DNA from: Candidatus Nomurabacteria bacterium
GTDB taxonomy: Bacteria; Patescibacteriota; Patescibacteriia; UBA1558; GWA2-36-10
Direction of reading: 5' to 3'
Length of the DNA: 64,000 bases
NCBI GenBank assembly: GCA_020632415.1
Contig: JACKFO010000002.1
Span: 514,732 to 578,731, forward strand
A program made the position numbers and the translations under genes. How positions within the stretch are numbered: the stretch's first letter is position 1; each line of letters opens with the position of its first letter. This document shows, in pieces, positions 57,196 through 64,000 of this stretch. The notes beneath the pieces are model-generated. The model was not told the origin of the DNA. It saw only the letters and a list, made by a program, of their open reading frames with translations, and did not search any database.

Positions 57196-57292
57196 CACCC
57201 AAATCACTCGTTCGTTTACGTGATGCGCTTCGCGCTATTATATCACGACACTCACTCGTGACTTCTCGCATCCGCAATATGTTAGGTGAAAT
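57196..57292 (+). repeat. attC-like long element
   Basis: CACCCAAATCACTCG ... GTTAGGTGAAAT. Confidence 0.6.
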
Positions 57293-57314
57293 AATTTTAG
57301 AAATTTAAATACCA

Positions 57315-57689
57315 ATGAAAAGTAACCTCTACAAAAAAGAAAGTAAAATCCATGGATTAGGCATTTTTACTAATGCCCCAATTTTAAAAAATGCAGTTAT
57401 TTATAAAGTACCCTTAAATAAAATTTATCATGCCGCAAGAAAAAAATGTGCTTTTATAGGAAATAATATGTGGGTAGATGATGAAAAAATTCTAAATTTT
57501 ATTAACCACTCATGTAATGCAAACGCTAAACTAGATCTAAGTGATAAACCACAAATTATAGCGAAAAGAAAAATAAAAACCGACGAAGAGATAACTGTTG
57601 ATTACGACCAAACCGAGCTTAATGGAACAAAAATGATATGTTGTTGTAAAAGTAAAAAATGTAAAAAATACTTTCTAACCATTCAATAA
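57315..57689 (+). CDS. Cassette ORF: SET-domain protein (second paralog)
   Basis: NHSCNANAKL, EEITVDYD, post-SET CCCKSKKCKK. Confidence 0.55.
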   Translation: MKSNLYKKESKIHGLGIFTNAPILKNAVIYKVPLNKIYHAARKKCAFIGNNMWVDDEKILNFINHSCNANAKLDLSDKPQIIAKRKIKTDEEITVDYDQTELNGTKMICCCKSKKCKKYFLTIQ

Positions 57690-57690
57690 T

Positions 57691-58338
57691 ATGCTGCCAA
57701 AAATTGGAATTCTAGGAGGAATTGGCCCAGAAGCTTCTGCGGAATTTTATAAAAAACTAATTCAAAAATGCCAAAACTCCAAAATCAAAAATAATCAATC
57801 ATACCCTTATATTATTTTAGAGAGCATACCTGCTCCTGAGTTATTTTTGAAAAAGCCTAACTTGAAAATGTATGAAGACGGCATAAAAAATTTGGAAAAA
57901 TGTAAATCCAACTTCATAGTTATAATTTGCAATACTGCACACATTTTTTTCAAACATTTTCAGGCATTAGTAAAAATACCTATAATAAATCTGGAAGGCG
58001 AAATAGAAAAAGTCCTAAAAAAACAAAAAATTAAGTCGATTTTCATCTTAGGCTCTAGTGCTACAGCTAATAATTTATTCCGCTTTAAAAACATTGAGAC
58101 TAATTCACCTACTAAAGTTGAGCAAAATAAAATTGATAACATTATAAAAAATTATAATGCTGGAAAAAGTAAAAAATTACAAAAAAAAGATTTATTAAAA
58201 ATAGTTAATAAATACAAAAAACATACTTTACTTTTAGCTTGCACGGAAATATCTGCTATGTTGAAAGATGAAAATCTTAAATACATTGATACAATGGATG
58301 TTGCACTTGAGGTTACTTATACAAAGTGGAAAAAATAA
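57691..58338 (+). CDS. Cassette ORF: Asp/Glu racemase family (aspartate racemase-like)
   Basis: IGILGGIGPEAS N-terminus; catalytic Cys motifs CNTAH and ACTEIS. Confidence 0.65.
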   Translation: MLPKIGILGGIGPEASAEFYKKLIQKCQNSKIKNNQSYPYIILESIPAPELFLKKPNLKMYEDGIKNLEKCKSNFIVIICNTAHIFFKHFQALVKIPIINLEGEIEKVLKKQKIKSIFILGSSATANNLFRFKNIETNSPTKVEQNKIDNIIKNYNAGKSKKLQKKDLLKIVNKYKKHTLLLACTEISAMLKDENLKYIDTMDVALEVTYTKWKK

Positions 58339-58359
58339 AAAATTTCTAAAATTACATCG

Positions 58360-58389
58360 CACAACACCCGGTATGCGGTTCGCGAGAAC
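58360..58389 (+). repeat. attC-like short element, second sequence family (CACAACACCCGGTATGCGGTTCGCGAGAAC)
   Basis: Matches the left arm of the 47434 element. Confidence 0.55.
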
Positions 58390-58408
58390 TAAAGAAATAT
58401 AACAAACT

Positions 58409-58924
58409 ATGTTAGAAAATAATTACGATAAAGAATTAGAAAGAGCCATCCAGTTTCTTGTGTTTGCAATTACTGAATCTGGACATAACCCAAAACCAGT
58501 AATCTTACATAGTATTAAGGTAGCTTTATATTTACAAAATAAACAATATTCTAAAGATATTGCTATCGCCTCTTGTTTACATGACTTATTGGAAGATACA
58601 AAAATAAGTGAAGAAGATATAAAAAATGAATTTGGAGATAAAATATTAAATTTAGTTAAAGCAAATACTTTTGATACTTCAATTTCAGATAAAACTGAAC
58701 AATACAAAGAAATGTTTACAAGAACTGTCAAGGCTGGTAAAGAAGCAATGATTATTAAAGCTGCTGATATTCTAGAAAATAGTTATCATTGGAATAAAGC
58801 AATCAATGAAGAACAAGTAAATTGGTTAATTAATAAGGCAAAGTACTTCTTAGAACTCACAGCTATTGAACTTAAAGATGAAATTGTTTACAAAGATTTG
58901 CAAACACAAGTAAATAACTTTTAA
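58409..58924 (+). CDS. Cassette ORF: HD-domain protein
   Basis: H ... LHDLLEDT ... D pattern. Confidence 0.5.
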   Translation: MLENNYDKELERAIQFLVFAITESGHNPKPVILHSIKVALYLQNKQYSKDIAIASCLHDLLEDTKISEEDIKNEFGDKILNLVKANTFDTSISDKTEQYKEMFTRTVKAGKEAMIIKAADILENSYHWNKAINEEQVNWLINKAKYFLELTAIELKDEIVYKDLQTQVNNF

Positions 58925-58938
58925 TCAAATAATTTCTT

Positions 58939-59040
58939 TAGTCCTCGCTCACTGCAAATCCCTCACTCGTCACGGTGGTTATAAATTATACCACCTAAAC
59001 TCGTTCGGGACTTCGCATACCGTGGACAGTTAGGTGAAAT
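58939..59040 (+). repeat. attC-like long element, second family (ends TTCGCATACCGTGGACAGTTAGGTGAAAT)
   Basis: Right-arm partner of 58360-58389; internal TATAAATTATACC. Confidence 0.55.
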
Positions 59041-59099
59041 ATTCCTTTTCTTTTTTCAGATTGGTATCATCATTATTTAAATAATTTTATATAAACAAT

Positions 59100-59555
59100 A
59101 TGCCAAACTTTTTTAAGTATCCAGCTAAAAATTTCAAAAACCAAGATATAAAAATTAGCATTAATTCTGGACCAGTGATTATTGGTGAAGATGGAAGGTT
59201 TTTACTACATATTTCTAGTAGTACAGGAAAATATCAATTTACTGGCGGACGTCTTGACGATAGTAAATCACCAAAAGAGAATGCAATTTTTAGACCAAAA
59301 GAAGATGTTGGTTTAGAAGTGGAATTAATAAAAAATTTAAATCCTTTAGTTATCTCTGATGAAATTGAAAGAAATGGAGAAAAAGAAAAGTTGGTCTTAA
59401 TTCATTATTTAGCAAAATTGAAAGATGGATTTGAACCTGATCTGTCCAGGTGTTCTTGGTTTACATTAGATGAAGTAAAGGAATTAGAAAAAAATAATAA
59501 TGTTTCATCACCAAATATTCTAATTGGCTGTAAATATTTTACTCAAACAATTTAA
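59100..59555 (+). CDS. Cassette ORF: NUDIX-like hydrolase (tentative)
   Basis: Gx5Ex7-like box GGRLDDSKSPKENAIFRPKEDVGLEV, only a partial match to the Nudix signature. Confidence 0.3.
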   Translation: MPNFFKYPAKNFKNQDIKISINSGPVIIGEDGRFLLHISSSTGKYQFTGGRLDDSKSPKENAIFRPKEDVGLEVELIKNLNPLVISDEIERNGEKEKLVLIHYLAKLKDGFEPDLSRCSWFTLDEVKELEKNNNVSSPNILIGCKYFTQTI

Positions 59556-59582
59556 AAAAAGAAAAGGAATACATCACCCAAC

Positions 59583-59604
59583 AGCGGATGTGAGATTCGT
59601 AAAA
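59583..59604 (+). repeat. attC-like short element
   Basis: CATCACCCAACAGCGGATGTGAG. Confidence 0.55.
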
Positions 59605-59624
59605 TAAATAGTAAATAACTTAAC

Positions 59625-60191
59625 ATGACAAAATATATTTTGCACGGTGGCGCAACTAGTAAAGATTCGCCAGATAATAAAAAATTTTTCAATGAAGCAA
59701 TGAGCAGCTTACCAGATCAGGCCGTTATTCTTTTTGTGTATTTTGCCCGAGAGAAGGAACTGTGGCCAAAAATGTTAGAACAGGATAAATTACATTTTTC
59801 TCCTACCGATAAGCAAAAAGTTTTTAACTTCACTATCGCCGACGACAAAATATCTAACCTTATAGAACAAATTAAAAAAGCCGACTTAATATACTTAAGA
59901 GGTGGCCAAACAGATCGATTAAAAGACACTTTGAGTAAAGTTAAAAATCTAGGTGGTTTGTTAAAAGACAAGGTTGTAGTAGGTTCTTCGGCTGGAGCAT
60001 ATGTTTTGTCTAGATATTATTATACCAATAGCAAAGACATTATATTAAATGGTCTTGATATATTACCAATAAAAACTTTTTGTCACTATTCCGAAGAAAA
60101 AGCCGATAAACTAGATAAGCTAAAACAATACGAGGAGAATTTGAAAGTTTATGCAATACCAGAAGAAAAATTTTTTATTATAGAAGTGTAA
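59625..60191 (+). CDS. Cassette ORF: peptidase S51 (peptidase E / cyanophycinase-like) family protein
   Basis: YLRGGQT and VVGSSAGAYVLS (nucleophile Ser) motifs. Confidence 0.55.
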   Translation: MTKYILHGGATSKDSPDNKKFFNEAMSSLPDQAVILFVYFAREKELWPKMLEQDKLHFSPTDKQKVFNFTIADDKISNLIEQIKKADLIYLRGGQTDRLKDTLSKVKNLGGLLKDKVVVGSSAGAYVLSRYYYTNSKDIILNGLDILPIKTFCHYSEEKADKLDKLKQYEENLKVYAIPEEKFFIIEV

Positions 60192-60217
60192 GGTTAGTTA
60201 TTTGCTATTTATTTTAC

Positions 60218-60315
60218 TCACCCAAATCACTCGTCCGTTTACGTGATGCGCTTCGCGCTATTATATCACGACACTCACTCGTGACTTCTCACATCCGCGA
60301 TATGTTAGGTGAAAT
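60218..60315 (+). repeat. attC-like long element
   Basis: TCACCCAAATCACTCG ... GTTAGGTGAAAT. Confidence 0.6.
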
Positions 60316-60389
60316 GGTGTTTTTTTAGAAAATGAATGACCCCCAACGTACTGGACGCTGGGGGTCTTTGATTTTCTCAAACAGGCGCT

Positions 60390-60863
60390 CTACTTCAGAA
60401 GAATGTAGAGCATAGGAGCTGTGATTGCGATGAACTCTGCTGTAATGACACTACGTATAATGACTTTCCTGTCATCTATCCAAATGTACTTTTCTGTACT
60501 CAGTATAGCTGTGGCTCCAAACATTAAAGCAAATATCATTATTGAGCTTGCTATTGCTGTTTGAGAAGCAAAAAATAATGCCGTAGCAGAAGCAACCAAA
60601 GAACCAAAAAAAGCAGTAGAAAAAGCGGGCATAACTATACCATTTGATTTAATAAGGAAAGCACAAAAAAGTGAAAAAATAGTCACACTTACTAAGGCCA
60701 TTGATATAGACAGTATAATGCTATACTTTGCCCAGAGACAAAAATTTAGCCAAAAAAACAAAACAACGCCATTTGGTATCCAGACAACTGCTCTACTGGT
60801 GATTTTCGGTGGATCCTCTTTGAAAATACCCACCGGTCTACGGAAAAGATCTTGCGCGTTCAT
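60390..60863 (-). CDS. Cassette ORF (inverted): polytopic membrane protein, member of a three-gene paralog family
   Basis: 4-5 TM helices; C-terminal ...APMLYILLK conserved with 61251 and 63625; own terminator hairpin GACCCCCA ... TGGGGGTC at 60338-60366. Confidence 0.45.
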   Translation of the reverse strand: MNAQDLFRRPVGIFKEDPPKITSRAVVWIPNGVVLFFWLNFCLWAKYSIILSISMALVSVTIFSLFCAFLIKSNGIVMPAFSTAFFGSLVASATALFFASQTAIASSIMIFALMFGATAILSTEKYIWIDDRKVIIRSVITAEFIAITAPMLYILLK

Positions 60864-61004
60864 GATGGTTCTCCTTTGTTTGAGATTTATGTGATGAACA
60901 AAAACAAAATTAAATTACCATATATCTAATATTTTGCAAAGACTTATTCAAAGACCCCCTAAAAATAGTGTTTTTATTCAAAATAAAGGCAAAAACACCA
61001 CTTC

Positions 61005-61165
61005 TACCCAACACCGCGTATGAGGTTCAACTCCTCCACTAACGTGTCGTCGTTTCACCAAAATCGTGTCTTCCCTTATGCAGTTGATCTCTCGCCCAAC
61101 TCGGGATATAATTATACTGCAACGGTCAGACACGACTTCTCATACGCTGGACAGTTAGGTGAAAT
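61005..61165 (+). repeat. attC-like full element without internal ORF
   Basis: Arms CCCAACACCGCGTATGAGG / CTCATACGCTGGACAGTTAGGTG; internal TATAATTATAC. Confidence 0.55.
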
Positions 61166-61250
61166 GGTGCTTTTTAAGAAAAATGAAAAGCCCCTCAGCA
61201 CGTGGACACGAGGGGTCTTTGGTTTTCATTTGCAGGAAGTGTGAAATGTT

Positions 61251-61871
61251 TCAGGAAGCGATCGCCGTCTTGATCTGATCCTGATGCACGAAAATGTACC
61301 ACAACATCGGTGCAGCGAAGACGATAAACTCAGTTATTACACTAAGAAAAGCATACTTCTTAGAAAAATCTTCCTCATCAGCGCATTGAAACACGGGCGC
61401 AATAGCGATTGCGGCGTATACGGACAGTGCGACCAATAGAGTGTGTGAGGTGAATATGACTAGCACGCAGAATAATATGAGCGATGAAAGTACAGAGAGC
61501 ACAGCGTATGAACCTAATAAGACAAGTAGTCCAAATGCCATGGAAACTGCGGCTGCGGCGGATATAGCAAACATGGCCGCTAACATAGTATCGCCACTCA
61601 CCGCATTGACGATAAAAAAAGTCATCCAAGCGACGACGACGCTCGCCAACTTCCACCAAAAAATCCTGACCTTCGGATTCATGATTTCTGTGATTTCTCC
61701 ATAGGTGATTCTTCCCTGAACATTTCCTGAACTGAATCCATCAGTGGCCAAATCGCCACAGCCTGGCTTAGGTCGAAATCCGGCATTTCTTTCTGCTCGG
61801 ACAAACTCTTCCCTAGTGAGCTCGTGCCATGGCAACTTGCCTACGCGGAGCCAATAACGCTCTTGGTTCAT
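61251..61871 (-). CDS. Cassette ORF (inverted): membrane protein paralog with cytoplasmic N-terminal domain
   Basis: C-terminal FAAPMLWYIFVHQDQIKTAIAS conserved with 63625; downstream hairpin GCCCCTC ... GAGGGGTC. Confidence 0.45.
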   Translation of the reverse strand: MNQERYWLRVGKLPWHELTREEFVRAERNAGFRPKPGCGDLATDGFSSGNVQGRITYGEITEIMNPKVRIFWWKLASVVVAWMTFFIVNAVSGDTMLAAMFAISAAAAVSMAFGLLVLLGSYAVLSVLSSLILFCVLVIFTSHTLLVALSVYAAIAIAPVFQCADEEDFSKKYAFLSVITEFIVFAAPMLWYIFVHQDQIKTAIAS

Positions 61872-62007
61872 TGTCTAAGTCTCCTGCTGAAATGTGATGA
61901 ACTTCTCAATATGATAAATTACCATATATATACCATTCTGTAAATATACAGCAAAGGCCCCCTAAATAAAGAGGTTTTTCTAATAAAATAAGCAAAAAAC
62001 ACCACAT

Positions 62008-62027
62008 CTCCCAACAGCGGATGTGAG
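62008..62027 (+). repeat. attC-like short element
   Basis: CTCCCAACAGCGGATGTGAG. Confidence 0.5.
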
Positions 62028-62053
62028 GTTCGTAAGTTAGGTAATTATTTTTT

Positions 62054-62527
62054 ATGAAAAAAAATTGTTTATTCTGTAATAAAAAGGAAGATTGGATTTT
62101 TGAAAATAGATATTTTTATTCTGTATTTGACATTCATCCAGTATCTCCGGGTCATGCCTTGGCAATTCCTAAAAGACATATTGTCTCTCTATTAGATTTA
62201 ACAGATAATGAGTGGAATGAGCTAAAAAAATCTATTACTGAAACTATCAACATTATTGGATTAACAAATAAGAGGGAATTGTATTTAGAAATGAAGGAAA
62301 AAGAAATTACAAAAAAATCTCCTCTGTTCTGTAAAAAGATGTTAATACATTTGGGTATTAACAAAAAAACAAAAGATTTTAATATTGGAGTAAATGATGG
62401 TAGATTAGCAGGAAGAACAATAGATCACCTACATATTCAAATAATTCCTAGATATAAAGATGATGTCAAAAATCCAATCGGTGGTATTAGAACAATTATT
62501 CCTGGACTAGGAAATTACAAAAAATAA
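62054..62527 (+). CDS. Cassette ORF: HIT-family (histidine triad) nucleotide hydrolase
   Basis: CLFCNKK N-terminus and DHLHIQIIPR histidine triad. Confidence 0.65.
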   Translation: MKKNCLFCNKKEDWIFENRYFYSVFDIHPVSPGHALAIPKRHIVSLLDLTDNEWNELKKSITETINIIGLTNKRELYLEMKEKEITKKSPLFCKKMLIHLGINKKTKDFNIGVNDGRLAGRTIDHLHIQIIPRYKDDVKNPIGGIRTIIPGLGNYKK

Positions 62528-62540
62528 TTTCCTAACTTAC

Positions 62541-62643
62541 TCACCCAAATCACTCGTTCGTTTACGTGGTTGTGAGCTAACGCTCACATTTTACCACGAC
62601 ACTCACTCGTGACTTCTCACATCCGCGATATGTTAGATGAAAT
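62541..62643 (+). repeat. attC-like long element (variant centre, ends GTTAGATGAAAT)
   Basis: TCACCCAAATCACTCGTTCG ... CTCACATCCGCGATATGTTAGATG. Confidence 0.55.
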
Positions 62644-62754
62644 TTTCTTTAAAAATATTTTTTCATTTAAGTCCTTTTGAAATTTTTAGAAAAAGAAAAA
62701 GCCCACACAAGTGTGCAGGCCGAGCAGATCTATATATTCAACTGGAGAAGTTGT

Positions 62755-63003
62755 TTATTCAACCAAAGCAATAAATTGATCAGAATATTGTTTATCAAAA
62801 CAATGGACAAAATCATCACAATCTAAGACAACACACAGCTGAGGTTTGCCAAACGTTTCAGTGACTCCAGCAACCTCTCCTTTCGCATTTAATAGGGTGT
62901 AAGAAACACGATCATGTGGTTTGAAACCAAACTCAGAGCAAAGCTCTTCCGAGGTGTCAACCACAATAGGAATGCCGCTCAACGAAGTCATTTGCTTTTT
63001 CAT
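62755..63003 (-). CDS. Cassette ORF (inverted): hypothetical 82-aa protein
   Basis: ORF only. Confidence 0.3.
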   Translation of the reverse strand: MKKQMTSLSGIPIVVDTSEELCSEFGFKPHDRVSYTLLNAKGEVAGVTETFGKPQLCVVLDCDDFVHCFDKQYSDQFIALVE

Positions 63004-63221
63004 CTCAAACTCCGGAGATTTGATGTGCTATTTACGCTATGTTTAGCGTTTTCAAATAACTATATAATAAAAATCCATTCTTGTCAAGCAGGCAAAAATT
63101 TCAAAAGAATTAAGATAAATGTTAAAATATTTTTAAACAAAACCAACCCACGCTGCGCTCTCGGTCTGTCTTTTCTCGATTTAAAGATTAAATTAAGGAA
63201 GTTAAAGACAGAGCCTCGGGA

Positions 63222-63242
63222 CGTCCAACAGCGGATGTGAGA
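63222..63242 (+). repeat. attC-like short element
   Basis: CGTCCAACAGCGGATGTGAG. Confidence 0.5.
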
Positions 63243-63439
63243 GAAAAAGAGAAATAAAAAAAAGCCCTCTTGATGCTATCGCTGAGAGCAGAGAACAGAT
63301 GTCTTTTTTACGGATCGGCTTATGGTGCCTAGGGTTTCCCATTTACAATGCCTGGGCAATACCCCATCTGTTATGCAAATATACTAGCACATATTAAATA
63401 TTTTGTCAATAACTAAAATGGGTTAAAATTAACCTATTT

Positions 63440-63545
63440 TTTATTTCTCTTTTTCTCCAAATTGCCACCTCGTTTCGGTAGTTGTATAATTATACTACCT
63501 TCACTCGGTGACAACTTCTCACATCCGCAATATGTTAGGTGAAAT
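63440..63545 (+). repeat. attC-like long element with sigma70-like promoter (TTGCCA-17-TATAAT at 63462-63490)
   Basis: Near-identical to 55160-55262. Confidence 0.55.
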
Positions 63546-63624
63546 GATGTTTTTTAGAGAAAATGAAAAGCCCCTCGAATACATAGCAAACGAGGGGTCT
63601 TTGATTTCTGAAACAGGAGATGAT

Positions 63625-63984
63625 TCAGTGACCGATCATGGCCGTCTTGATCTGCCCCTGATGTGTCACAATGTACCATATCATCGGCGTAGCGATGATA
63701 ATTAACTCCGCCACCAGCGAAAGAAACACATACCCCTTGGTGAGGTTTTGTCTCTTGGTGTAGTAGGATCCGGCGAGCATGGCGACGATTGCGGCGACGA
63801 TTGCGGCGGCGATTGCGGCAATTGCGGTGGATGCAGCGGGCGCGGCGGCGATTGCGGCGATTGCGGCGGCGATTGCGGCTGATGCAGCGGGCGCGACGAT
63901 TGCGGCGGCGAGCATGGCAACGATTGCGGCAGCGAGCATGACGGCGATTGCGGCGATTAAGAGGGATGCAGGATCACCACTCAT
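63625..63984 (-). CDS. Cassette ORF (inverted): membrane protein paralog with Ala/Ile-rich tandem-repeat region; start may lie beyond the window edge
   Basis: C-terminal ATPMIWYIVTHQGQIKTAMIGH conserved with 61251; internal GC-rich 12-15-bp tandem repeats (ATTGCGGCGGCG-like) at 63770-63960; downstream hairpin GCCCCTCG ... CGAGGGGTC. Confidence 0.4.
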   Translation of the reverse strand: MSGDPASLLIAAIAVMLAAAIVAMLAAAIVAPAASAAIAAAIAAIAAAPAASTAIAAIAAAIVAAIVAMLAGSYYTKRQNLTKGYVFLSLVAELIIIATPMIWYIVTHQGQIKTAMIGH

Positions 63985-64000
63985 GCCTTTGGTGATAAAG

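Noticed and set aside
50800-63600. Repeated approximately 23-100-bp elements with regular-looking spacing could be mistaken for a CRISPR array
   Set aside because: The repeats are of two alternating lengths, imperfectly palindromic to each other, and are separated by 350-3000-bp protein-coding ORFs rather than 30-40-bp spacers. No cas genes are present.

Overview
The window is AT-rich (about one third GC) and looks like a CPR/Patescibacteria-type genome: small genes, many membrane proteins, a giant secreted protein and CCA-encoded tRNAs. The left two thirds (1-40.7 kb) are housekeeping genes. They include rpsF-ssb-rpsR, efp, ksgA, tsaC, leuS, infB-rbfA, nrnA, clpP, rny-ymdB and hup, two cation antiporters and four tRNAs, among them a rare tRNA-Ile with anticodon UAU. 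A surface module sits among them: a 2548-aa Cys-rich secreted protein, an 811-aa polytopic protein and three paralogous proteins with calcium-binding DxDxDG repeats. The right third is accessory and contains three notable systems. First, a small GC-rich island (40.8-41.9 kb), then comM and a Xer-like tyrosine recombinase whose C-terminus carries an integron-integrase-like KSPLD motif. Second, a complete diversity-generating retroelement (DGR): a reverse transcriptase with the (I/L)GxxxSQ motif, an inverted avd, a 130-bp template repeat and a variable repeat at the 3' end of a GC-rich target gene, with 23 of 23 mismatches at template adenines. Third, and most interesting, a gene-cassette array of at least 16.5 kb (47.4 kb to the window end) with more than 25 small ORFs. 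The ORFs are separated by alternating short (about 30 bp) and long (about 100-200 bp) imperfect palindromes whose terminal boxes (ACCCAAC ... GTTAGGT) match the integron attC R''/R' consensus. The long elements carry a TTGCCA-17-TATAAT sigma70-like promoter. One cassette is exactly duplicated. The first cassette encodes a 1000-aa fusion of a PHP phosphoesterase to an SbcC/Rad50-like coiled-coil ABC ATPase, which is a candidate defence gene. Other cassettes encode HD, SET, MazG, HIT, 2H, NUDIX-like, S51 and racemase enzymes and paralogous GC-rich membrane proteins. No rRNA genes or CRISPR arrays are present.
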